From Eukaryota sp. GEM-RC1 (lineage: Eukaryota): DNA of 64,000 nucleotides. Below are positions 38,118 through 49,825 of this stretch, one piece after another (positions within the stretch are counted from its first letter, which is position 1; the number at the start of each line of letters is the position of its first letter). Where the stretch lies: contig JAUFOQ010000016.1 of NCBI GenBank assembly GCA_040285855.1, positions 1,736,001 to 1,800,000 on the forward strand, written 5' to 3'. The notes beneath the pieces are model-generated. The model was not told the origin of the DNA, did no database searches, and saw nothing but the letters and a program-made list of their open reading frames with translations. Position numbers and translations under genes: made by a program.

Positions 38118-38492
38118 CCGCCATTCTGTCCTTATCTGACTCAACTTGTGACTGTTTCCATTGCACGGTTTCGGGCTCAGTTGAGTTTAGATAAGGACAG
38201 TTCTTTCCCTCCACTGCCTCCGCTTCTGTTGCTTCTCCCTCTACTGCCGTTGCTTTCCCCACTTCTGTTGCTTCGATAATGCCGCCATTCTGTCCTTATC
38301 TGACTCAACTTGTGACTGTTTCCATTGCACGGTTTCGGGCTCAGTTGAGTTTAGATAAGGACAGTTCTTTCCCTCCACTGCCTCCGCTTCTGTTGCTTCG
38401 ATAATGCCGCCATTCTGTCCTTATCTGACTCAACTTGTGACTGACTCCATTGCACGGTTTCGGGCTCAGTTGAGTTTAGAAAAGGACAGTTC
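38118..38492. repeat. Three tandem copies of a unit containing a 75-nt hairpin
   Basis: Hairpins at 38126-38200, 38290-38364 and 38415-38489. CTGTCCTTATCTGACTCAACT pairs with AGTTGAGTTTAGATAAGGACAG. Confidence 0.9.
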
Positions 38493-38526
38493 ATTCTGTG
38501 TTTTATCAACACATACATTTATTGCC

Positions 38527-41500
38527 ATGAAGTACTCGTCTCCCCTGTTTATCCCTTCCCATCCTCCGTTCCCAAAAGACCTCACCGCTGATGGTGATAT
38601 TGAATCCAATCCAGGACCCGTAACTCAAGAAGCCATAAACTCAGTTTATCCTAATCAATGGGTTGATGACGAAGCGATAGTGGAGTACTGTAAAGTGATA
38701 TTTCAAGAAGCAGGGTTAGACTTTGAAAGCATGTTTATCCATCCGACCACATGGCTTCAATACATTGTTTCACCAGATGTCCCGCTAGATCAATGGTTGT
38801 TGACGAAAATTGAGAAAAATCAAATCACAAACTCCAAGTATCTCTTTGTTCCCCTTAGTGATACCATGACTAGAAATACTAATTATTCCAGAGAAGGTGT
38901 CACTGGTTCTCATTGGGGTTTAGCCATTATAGACTGTTGTGAAAAGGAATGGATCTTCATTGATCCAATGTTAACTACCGTCGATATGACTAAGTCTATG
39001 GTAAAATCAGCTGTAGACATATTATCCGAAGTACTTGTGCCATGGGGGTATGTTTTCCGTTATGTACCTGTGACTAAAAGTCAGTCTGCTAACGACTGTG
39101 GAGTTTATGTCATTGCGTATATTCAAAAATATGTTGAACTTTTTAAAAGACTCATGTATGTTCCGTCTCTGATGTATTTGGAAACTTATTTGGTCCAAGT
39201 GAACAATGAACTTCAAGCAGACATATTTCGTGAAAAAATTCGGGATGTATTGTCTCAACAAAGGACACTTTATCTACAACAACGTCAAACCACAGTAGCT
39301 CCTATTGTACCATCGTTACCCATTCAACCTCCTGCCGGTAAAGAACATCCAACCACTTCAATTCCTCTCACAGGTTCACGTCTTGCTAGTACTAAAACAT
39401 CTACTGGTTTAAGCACTAAAAAAAGGAAAGCCAAAATTTCAGATGTTCCATCACCACGAGGTTCACCTTTAATTCAACGAAATAAATTTAGAACTACCAG
39501 CTCCCTTGTTTCAACTGGTGACACTCCAATACGAAAGACCCACCGCCGTATGTCCACATTGGAATCATCGGAATTACCACAATCTGAACTATCATCACCA
39601 TCTGAACTATCATCACCATCTGAACTACCACCATCTGAACTACCACCAAAATCACAGGCCTCCATTATGTCGTATCCATCGCCAATTCAAGAAGAAATCC
39701 AAAAAATGAAAGTAAATCTACACACTGAGCCTATAGAAGAAGAAATTCAAATTCAAGACTTTCTTAAATCCCCTTTACTTTGGAACAATCTGCCAACTTT
39801 TTGTTTAATTCATGTTCAAAGTGATTTTGCCAGTTCAGAAAGAATTAATGGCAAAAATGTTCAACTTGTTCAAGATGATGATGACATTGAAACTGTTGAA
39901 GGTGAAGCTGAAGATCAATTAGAAGTTAAACGTGATTCTTCTGTTGATCCGATTGTATCAATTTCCATCCAGATCATTGATCACAATGAATTTAATGAAA
40001 AGCATTTATTTTCTCATGGTAATTTTGATACTACAAACTTGGATTTGTGTACTTTACATATTTCAGATAGTGAATCCAGTATGCTTAAAAACTTCATTTC
40101 CTTCATTACTCAACATTGTCCGCGATTGTTTGTGAGTTATGACTTTCACTTAGATACATTTCCCTTTCTTGTATCACGTTGTCAAGTCCTCAAAATCAAT
40201 ACAACGTTTACTTTTCCAGAATTTAAACCCTATATTCCCTTTTGGTTCAACAAATGGTGTAAGGAAACAACTTTTGGTCCGTTTTTTAGTCTCGATTTGA
40301 ATGCTGTATTGAAGAATTTTTATGTCTTTACTGGTGGCCGTTTTTTGGAAAATGTTGTTCAAATTTTTCTTGAAATGAATAATTTTTCTAAAAATGAAAC
40401 TGTCAAACGCTTGGAAGAACTTGATCATGACTCTGATCCTGATGAAGTTCAATTGGTCAATGATGTCCAAAACTTGCATGGCATAATTGACAGTATTAAT
40501 GTTTTAGTTCCAGACAATCCCAAAGTGAAGGTCGATAAGATTAAAAAGAAATTTGTAAAAAATTTGGAGAAAGTAAATGAACTTTGGGCCAAGGAATCGA
40601 CAAGACCGCTATTGTTGATGAACTCAATTCAACAATTACCTCTGATTGAATACTTATTGGCTGACCTATTGGATCCCAAAAAACAAACATTACGTTCAAA
40701 GTCACCAATGAAAGTGGTTAAGAAACGACTAGACAATGTTGTATCCAAAGCGAAGGTTAAATTTATTGAATCTCGTGTTAAGAGAGCTCACCAAGTAAGA
40801 GTCCGTAGTACTCTCTTTTTGAAACATTTTTTTGTTCATAATTTTCACCATTCTGGTATTTTAGGTTACATTCAGAAGTTACTGCCTGCTGCTGTTCCAA
40901 ATGTAACTGTTAAGGAAGAAATGAATTCTGATACAGATGAGTCAACTGACGAAGAAACAGATGTACATTCAGAGTCTATCGATGCTACTGCTCCTCCCGT
41001 TAAATTAGAAAATATTGAAGATGCGAGTGGTGAACCTGAACCTGACCTTTGGACTAGAATTCAAACTACCAAAATTGAATTGCCAGACTGGAAGAATTTT
41101 TTTACGTTGAAATCAATGGAACAAGTGTTATCTATGATGACGATTAGGGACTACAAACTTGTAAACAATCAGAATCATATTAGGACTGTACAAGAATCGT
41201 TAACAAACATAATTTCTAAACCAAATGATGGCTCAACTCAAAATCAGTTTGCTCAACATTTCTTGATGCATTACATTCCTCGTTTAGAACTAGCTGCTCG
41301 ATCTGTTGGACTTGATAGGATTGTGTTTCCCAGTAGCCTCAATTTATCTCCTATATTGCATTACATGGCTACAGAAATTATTACAAATTACAAGACTAAC
41401 ATGAGTGAACACTTTCACGAATATGTTTTTCAAGTATTTAATTTGGTTACCCTGAAAAAAGATAGACTTAACAAGCTTACTGATAAGAATCAACGACAAG

Positions 41501-43589
41501 AGTTGTGTACAAAGCTTAATGAAGTCAGACAGTTGATCATTAATGGGGAAATTTCAAAAATTAATTTTCAAGATGTTGAAGTGTTTCCTGATCCCAATTC
41601 TAGACTGAGTTTACTATTTTTTAACTATTTGTTTACTTTTTTTGAAGGTAAAATGGAAAAAACAATTCATTATGCTGAAAAAGTAGATCCTTTGAAATTC
41701 TTAAGTCATGCAGTGTATTTGAAACGTCTTGTTGAGGACTCTTGTACTGGAGTTACTGCCAACAATCCTTTTCCTCTGACAAAATCATTGATTCCTAATC
41801 ATATCAGATTGGATACTACATGGTTTAAAAAAGTTTATGCATCAGAAATTAAAGGTAGCTTTGATGACGTTCGAAAAGATATTTGGCACTCAGTTTTGAA
41901 ACCAAAGTTTCTTCCAAAGTCATTGTCTCATGACTTCAAATACAGTTCTATTTCTACAGATGGAGTTAGCTGTAGTTTAATGATGATGCGGAAAGATCTG
42001 CTTGATGGGAGAGGAAATCCTCATAAGAAGGTGAAAGCTGTTGACTACACAGCTACTGAAAGGTACATTGATTCTTTGAGTTCCACAGAAATTCAAAACT
42101 TAAATTTGAAATCAAAAGGAATTGTTGCTATTGATCCTAATCAGCATGATTTGATGTATTGTGCTTCTTTAAAATCTAAGGAGGAAAAGAAAATCGAAGG
42201 TTTCGATACATCAGCCAATCTCAGAAGAAGAAAGATTTGTCCAAAATCGTCAAAGAAAAAAGGAAGCTTGAAAAAATTAAAAAAGGAATTGAAGGATTGG
42301 AAAGACGCACCTACTATTGACAAACCATCAACTGTCAAGTTGAAAAATCGAGACAATTGGAAAGTATTCAGATACACTGCTGGGGAACGCAATGCCGATA
42401 TTAAAAAAGTCTCCATGGAAAAGAAAAAAACAAGTAAGGAAAGAAAAAAGAGCTAAGAGGAAGAAGAGGAAGCTGGAGAAGAAAATAAGACGATACAATC
42501 TCCACCGTTTATCTGAATCCGAACGGTTACAACAATATTCTACTCAATTTATTCACATTCCAGATGGCAGACGCATTGACATAAATGGGCAACAAATTTT
42601 AGATCAATGGGGCTCTAACTCGCCAGGTAGTAAATCTTGTGAATTGACTCAGTATTCTGCTTTTGTTCTTGGTAAAGAAATTGCCTGCTCTTTACTACGA
42701 TCACCCACTACTGATCAAAAAACTACTGAAGGAATTTACGAAGAAAAGTGGTTTAGACGGAATCGTCTCACACAGTATTCAAGAAAGGAACGAAGTGAGA
42801 AAAACATGCTTCACAGATTTACTCTCCAGTTTGGAAACCCAGATGAAGTCGTTGTTGGGTATGGAGACTGGAACGACACTGCTTTTCGTCGAAGAAGAGG
42901 TAAAGCATCTACTGTAAAAGGTGCTTCAATTCGGAAATTATTGAGAAAATTTGGATTTAAAGTGTTCCTAGTTGATGAATTTAAGACCAGCAAATGTTGC
43001 TCTGCATGTGTTTCCAGAAACGACGAAGGTATCTGTTCCAATCCTGAAAGGATAAAAGTCACTGATCCTCATTGGAAGAAGAAGTTACAGAAGGAAGAGA
43101 AAGAATTAAAAAAGGAAATTATGGAACACAATCAATTAGACAATATTGTGGAGCGTAACTTTGATGATGAATGGACCAAACAGTTGACATTATCGAAAGA
43201 AAGATTGAAGAGCAAAAAAGTCTCACCATGGGGCTTAGTTGAATGTGCCAAATGTCATGTCCTCTGGAATAGAGACTTCAATTCTGCTATCAATATTTAC
43301 AATATTGTAAATGGAACCATTCAAGGTCAAGGTAGACCTGCCATCCTCGAGAGACCAAAATCTCAAACAACACCTGTCGTGGATGGCGGGAATACAGATC
43401 AGATTCCAAAAGAAAAAGACTGTGAGTAAGGGTAAGGGTAAAGCAAAGCGTCCTCTAACAAAAGTCAGAGGTCCTAACAAGTGTGGTATATGTTTTCAAC
43501 CTGGACATAACAGAGCAACTTGTCCAAATAAGCCTAAGAAAGATGTACCCAAGGACTCACATGTAAACCAGAAAGATCAGGAATCTTGA
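38527..43589 (+). CDS. Multidomain Fanzor: 2A peptide, Ulp1/C48 protease, PolB exonuclease-like, Fanzor RuvC nuclease, CCHC knuckle (two +1 shifts in A-runs near 42420 and 43410)
   Basis: DLTADGDIESNPGP; SHWGLAIID..IDP..QSANDCGVYV; STDGVSCSL; VAIDPN (D 42133); VGYGDW; LVDEFKTSKCCSAC (E 42977); CAKCHVLWNRDFNSAINI (D 43274); CGICFQPGHNRATC. Confidence 0.88.
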
Positions 43590-43708
43590 ATCTATGAAGT
43601 TAGCTCGTCTTAAAAGACTTTGCGAATGAGGACATTTATTTGTTCAAACTGTGGGTTTTGCTCTATGAGATCATGAAAATGTGAAGGGTTATTCCCTTAT
43701 GCATTTGG
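43590..43708 (+). ncRNA. Candidate Fanzor omegaRNA scaffold (3' part)
   Basis: Non-coding segment between the Fanzor stop and the inferred right end, ending in a 12-bp hairpin (43677-43706). The 5' extent is unknown. Confidence 0.45.
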
Positions 43709-43771
43709 AATGAAATTCACAGTTGTGTTTCAGAACCACATTTTGGAAAATAAAGCACAAATTCCACAACA

Positions 43772-44526
43772 ATGGCACAAAATAACCCAGCCCCCTCCCA
43801 ACCTGCTCCTGTCCCTACACAACCTGCTCCTGTTCAGCAACAAGCTCAAGTCATTCATATGCCTGCTCAGTACACCATCCCTCAGATGGGGTATCACCCC
43901 GGTTTAGCTGCTCCTCCAAAGAAGGGAGCTGTTAAACAAATCGTGGTTGTAGTCGCCGTTATTTGTATGTTTGTAGCTTTCTACTCTAACCACAGTAGTT
44001 CTTGCGGTTGTGATCGGAATCAACGCCTTCGATCTGGGCCTCGATATTCAATATCCCTACACAGTCTCAGTCTCTGGAGGTGCTGCAAGTTTTGGTATCA
44101 AAGGAGGAACGTATGGAGTTGATAAAGCCAACCACAAGTTTTACGGTGAGCTTGATGTCCCCTTCATTTCACTCTCAGGGGAACTGTTCTGCCTCAATGA
44201 CAAGATAAGGGCCAAAATTCTTGGACAATGCACTCCACAATTTCTTTCAGTTTCCTACGAATGTGATAAGTTGATAGACTTCGTTGGTTTGTTATGTTTT
44301 GCCTACTTATCATAGTTCCTGAGATCCCTTCGAGTGCCAAAAGACTGGTGAAAAGAAGAAAGTAGATTCTTTCTATGGTTTCCCAAGAAAGTGCTCGGTA
44401 TATGAAGATGGTAACAATACTTGGTGTGCCATCAACAACCGTATTTACGAACGGTGTGTTGGCCCTGCGTGTTTTACCTTTGAAAAGCACTCATTTGCAT
44501 CTGCAAGCGATTTTGAATGTTCGTGA
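43772..44526 (+). CDS. Type II membrane protein with Pro/Gln-rich N-terminus and a 31-nt intron (43965-43995)
   Basis: Splicing GTATGT...CTAACCACAG joins ORF 43772 to ORF 44010 through a TM helix. A further frame break lies near 44310. Confidence 0.75.
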
Positions 44527-44629
44527 GATTAATGACTCGAAGACTTAGACCGAAATATAGAAAAAGAAAATAATAGAATTTATAAAAAATAAACAATCCG
44601 CAACTAAAACAAAAAAAAGAAAAAAATCC

Positions 44630-47600
44630 TTATACTTCCGGCTCATCTTCAAGAGTCTGAAGTTCAAAAGCAACCAGATACAAGGGGTTTTCATAAGGAG
44701 AAAGTCTCTTTGGGATGGTATTTCCAAACATTTTCTTAAAAAAATCTTTTTTCCGATGGAATATAATCTCTACTACAATCAATCCAAAGGACAAAGTAGA
44801 AGAAATACCCGCAACTGACCCAAGAACCCCTCCAACCTTTGATACCAACGTATCTTTATACCTTTTCTCAGTAACTAAAGCAAACTGGGATTCATCCAAT
44901 TCAACAACAATTGAAAGACCAGATGAATAAGAGAAGTCCTGATTAGCCACCAACTGTCCTTCCTTTTTAGAATCTAGTCTTATATGATATCCAAAAGAAG
45001 TAACTCCATTAGATTGATCATGGAACTGAGACTTGGTTGCTTCAAAGGCAAACACATTAGGTTTGGTTCCTCTTAGGATCATGTCTGTAGGTGCAATGAT
45101 TCGTTCTGAGACAAAAGAGTTGTTCCAGGGGGAGAGAAGAGGAGGATGAGATGTTGAGCTCGATTGAATGAGCAAAAATGCTAGAATCAATGGTAGTAAA
45201 AACGACTCTACTCATAGATGAAGAAGCTAAACACTCCGAAAGGACTAGTTCAAACAAACAGCCATCACTAAAATCTAATGGAAAGATCAAATCAAAATCT
45301 AAACACTCGAAATTTTCAAAATTTACTGAGAAATCACCATCCTGGCAGCTTCTCTGAGGGCCAGTTGCTAGTACAGTCACGTTTCCTGTGAAGTAAACAT
45401 CAGATTGGAGGAGGAAGGAAGGTTCCGTTGACCGGTAGTAGGCAAAGTTATCCATTTGGTATTCAACAAAAGGATAGCAGAAAAGGCTAGCGCAAAGATG
45501 ATGAACCAGAAGGAGAAGAGACCTCCAAGACGAGTTTTCCTCTTGGTGATGACTTGGTCGTTTTCAGTGAAATGTTGACGTGAGAAGAGATCAATAAACA
45601 CTAATTTTGAGCTATTGGCTCCCATAAACGCAACCAATATTAGCACGAGCACAGCCAAGATATACGAAATTACTAGTATACTATTAGAAACAGCTGCAAC
45701 TCTATCTGTATTAGGTTCAGGAAGTCTAGGTTGACTTGAAATAGAATGCCCACCAACAGATGTATTAGTTGGTCTCGGGTACAGCGATCCTACTGGGCAG
45801 TACTCATCCTCACTACAAGGGAAACAAGAAGAAGATCCAGCATAAGGTTGATAGGTTTGCGCTGGGCAAGGTAGACAAGACTCAGATCCAATGACTGCGA
45901 TAGTATCTGAGAAGAAGCCAGGTGGACAAGGAACACAGATGGATTGGGAACCAGATGATGTACCATAGAGTCCTTCTCTACATGGAGAGCAAATCTCTGG
46001 TGACGTGGTATTCTGTTGACTTCCTAAGAAACAATCAAGTTTGCAATCAAACCCACGTGATGTGAAGTCGTCACACGTGATTGATCTTAAAAAGAGTGAC
46101 GACAATCCAAAATTGGAAACCGCGGTCAAACTTCGTACTGAAGATCCACCAAATATAAACACTTGATCCCCATAACCAACAGCTGAAAACTCTAAAATAG
46201 GGTCAAAATAATCATGTAAAAATTCAAAAAGTGAAGTCCAGTGGTTTCAGTAGTCGTCAGTTCTGGAACATAAAGAAAGCTCACAGATCCCATGTAAGAA
46301 CCCCATACCGATCCTCCAATGTATAGCAAAGTATCTCCAATTAAGAGGGAAGTGTAGCTATCTACTTGAGAAAGAGCATCATCTAGAACAAGACTCTGGG
46401 AATACCAATAAGCCTCGTTATCATTTAAAATAGAAGAAGTACTGACCTTGAACAAAGTATTCTGCATGGCAGTAAACGTGCCCAATCGACCACCAGTCAA
46501 AAATCAAGTAGGGATCATCTGATTTTGTAACGATAACTAATTGACAACTATCAAGACCTGGGGGCCGGAATCCTGTAGATTCAACTTTCTTCCAAATTCC
46601 CAGTCGAAGATTCAATACATACAACCTATTGGATAAAGAAGAAGAGGTTCGGCCACCATAAACAAACACGTGATGTTGATACCTGGTAGAACATGCCCCT
46701 GACATGGGTGTTGGAACATCTCCAGTGACCTCAAGAATTGACCATTGAGTAGCAGAAGTGTCATAAACAAAGACCGATGACGTCAACTCTCCTGAAGTAG
46801 ATGAACTTCCAAAAGAGAGAAGATGCGGCGTCCAAAAGAGACAACTGAGTGACCAGTGTAGTAGTCAGGAGCAAAAGAAGAAACTACTTCATCACTAGAC
46901 CAAATAAAAGTAGACAAATCCAAGTACCAAACCAATGTCTGAGTACCACTGAGTTGTGACCTTACTCCTCCGATGAGAAACATCCTGTTACCAACAGTGA
47001 CAGCCTTGTGTTGAGTAAGAGCAACAGGAGAAGGGAAGTGGTGGGAGCTGATGTGGAAGTGGGGATCGGATAAGTCCTTGAGATGGAGGAGGAGGAGAGA
47101 GTTCTCAACTCTATTAGAGTAGTAACCACCAAAAACAAACAGACGATCAATGAATAAACTACAAGTACCAGAGTCAAATGCAAAGTCTTCATGGTTATCA
47201 CCTCTAACTAAGGGAAACGACTTCCATTGCCACGTGGCAACATCAGGAGAATTGTGTGTGGATAGAACTTGCACTACATCAGAAGGACGTTGCAGGACAC
47301 GTAACCACCCGCCTAAGATAACCAAGTCACCATCCGGAGTTAAAGTAGAAGGAGCAAGGTAAGTAGCAATGGGTGACCCTGAGATTAAGTTAGAGACGTC
47401 AGTTAAGTTAGCACTAAAGGAATCGCCATCTTTAGTTAGTTCAACTAACCAAGTATCATTCATATCCCTTCCTGATACCCCTGCGTTGGTTCTACCTGAG
47501 TAGAGAACGAAAGTGTGGGTGAGAAAGGGAAGTACAGCGGTGAAGGGGGCTTGTCTTCCTGAGAAAATAGAACCAGGTGTAAGAACCTTGTACCAATCTA

Positions 47601-48121
47601 AAGAAGAGAACTTCAGGATCCAGATCTCGTTCAAGTAACCTTGAGCACTTGATCCAGCGACGACTATTCCGTACTCCCTGGTTATCAAAGGTCATACTTT
47701 GACAACTCATGCGCATACGAGACGGAGGTGCAGAGTGATCGTAGGGAAGAGTAGCCCATGAGAAGTCAACAAAGGAGTAGATCGAGACTAGGTTCGTATC
47801 GATTCCAGAAGGGGCAACTCCACCAAACATGATAAATTCATTATTGTAGTACCAAAGACAGCCGTGATGTGAGGAGACTTTGGCACCAAGAGCTGGTAGT
47901 TGGCGCCATATGAGAGAAGTCATGTTAAAAGTCCACATGTCGGAGACGGGATTGTTTATAGAGTCTAGTCCTCCCCATATATATAGAGTATCTCCAACTG
48001 TTACGGACATGGCTTGTTGACGAGGAGAGGGAGGAGTGCGTTGTTCAGGAAAAGCATGCCATCCAGCAAAGACAGATGGTATTGCAATGATGAGGACATA
48101 GACAAGGGAATTAACCAACAT
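44630..48121 (-). CDS. Large surface protein: signal peptide, kelch repeats, Cys-rich (ephrin-receptor-like) repeats and TM helices (multiple frameshifts)
   Basis: Chain of ORFs from 47492-48241 to 44630-45190 with kelch GG/W motifs, CPPGFFS and CPAQTYQ repeats, and hydrophobic helices. Confidence 0.8.
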
Positions 48122-48362
48122 GACTACTGTACTAGCAGCTCTGCACGAAATCTTATTTACCGTAATTGGAAGGTTCCAACACGTGTTGTACATGGTGAGT
48201 CTTTTCAAAAGACACCAGAACCGTCCTGATATCCGTCCCACTACACTCTGAATTACTTACATAATGGTCAAGGCCAGGGACCACTGGATGGGAAAATTCA
48301 GTTAAGTAACTTAGCTTGACATGTACAGTGCTAAAAATTTGACAATTGTTCGTTAACACCAA

Positions 48363-49631
48363 ATGTCTCTTCGTTCGGTCATATCACAACTGACAGTCAA
48401 CGATTTTGCTCCACCCACGGGAACTGACCTTGCCCGTGTCGCAAAACTCTCTCATGCTTCTTCAGCAAACTGCCTTCAAATTGAAAACCTCCTTCTTAAA
48501 AAAGCTCAAAGACAATTCTCATAATGTCAAACTCAAAGCCCTACAAGTTATACGCTATCTTCTCGTAAACGGTGCTCCAGCTCTTAAACGTGCTTTCCGA
48601 ACTCGTCAACTTTCTCTCATTATCAAACAACACATCCCACTCGAAGGAACTAGTGGTGCTATAATCCAACTCAAATCCAAGGATCAATCTTCCAAACTTT
48701 CTGAACTTCGAAGTACGGCTTCTGAAGTCCTTAATCTTCTTCTTGAAACTGATGTCTCTTCCTCCGCCTCTTCTTCTTCGCAGTCATCCCATGAACCGAC
48801 TGCTTCCGTTGCTAAGGGGCTTGGCTCAAAGATTGAAACTAAGAAGGAAGATAAATCATTCTTATCACAGGCCGCTAACTTCTTCACTCCACTTTCTGAA
48901 ACTCATAAAGTCTCCAGGAATTCTAGATTTGGAACTCTGGACGGGGTTGGAAAACATGAAATTCCCTCTGATTTCGATCCAGAAGTCAAGCAAAGTCTTT
49001 CAGAAGGTATTGAACCTCTAGTCTCCATGGATACTGACCAGGAGATCTCTCAGAAACGTGCTATTGTACGTGTTTTGAATGATGCTTCAGAGTCTGCATC
49101 AATGATGAGATATGCTCCAACTAAGACAGAACTTGACCAGTTTTCTAGGAAAGTTGCTGTGTTTGAATCGTTTTTGTCTTACAATCAATGCTTGAATTCA
49201 TTGAAAAACCAGGCCTACAATGGTTCAAAAAGGCTTTTGTTTTTGGTTTGTTTGAGAACTTTGCACGTCAGTCTGAGAATTATCACGCAGCGGCTGAGCT
49301 TCTTGAGCTTGGTGCTAATAGGCAATCAGTGGAGTCGTTGGGGTCAACAATCAAACAGATTAAGAGTGCTGTTAATCGGTTGCTCTCTAGTTTCCCAGTA
49401 GAAGTCCAATCATTACCAAGTAAGCCAGTCAATAACGACTGTGATGGTCTCTTTGATGGGTTGAATGTGGACGGTCATGAAAGTGTTGAACAGAATGGAT
49501 TCAATTTGATTGATGATGATATTGAGGATACCTTGATTGGCACTGATTTCTCTTCTAATGAGCCTGTCAATGAAAAACCACACACCAAAAATAGCTTTGA
49601 TTTTGTCGATGATTTGCTGTCCAATCTGTAA
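48363..49631 (+). CDS. Tepsin-like ENTH/VHS protein (AP-4 accessory), frameshifted
   Basis: LLKKLKDNSHNVKLKALQVIRYL ENTH helix, a second helical domain and C-terminal GLFDGL and SFDFV motifs. Confidence 0.7.
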
Positions 49632-49825
49632 TTTGTTTATTGTTTTATTATTTGTATTATTTCTTAGTGTTTCTAAATCGATTGATATAATGTTTTCTTT
49701 AATGATAAGGTCAGAGTCTGCTCATTATGACAAACCTTTCACAGAGACTAGCTTGACATGGGAGGATGATAAATGTGTTTCTAAATTTATCGCGCTTTGG
49801 AAATGATGAGCAATTTCTCAGCTCA

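Larger units (their letters stand above)
35641..43708 (+). mobile_element. ~8.07-kb Fanzor-encoding mobile element, no recognisable transposase
   Basis: CATTTGG at 35634-35640 and 43702-43708. Removing the element leaves ~107 bp between the divergent starts 35596 and 43772, typical of the spacing in this window. Both ends have hairpins. Confidence 0.65.

Noticed and set aside
38404..38526. ORF-track start of the 1350-aa protein at 38404
   Set aside because: This ATG lies in the third hairpin repeat. ATG 38527, shortly before the 2A motif, is more plausible, though not proven.
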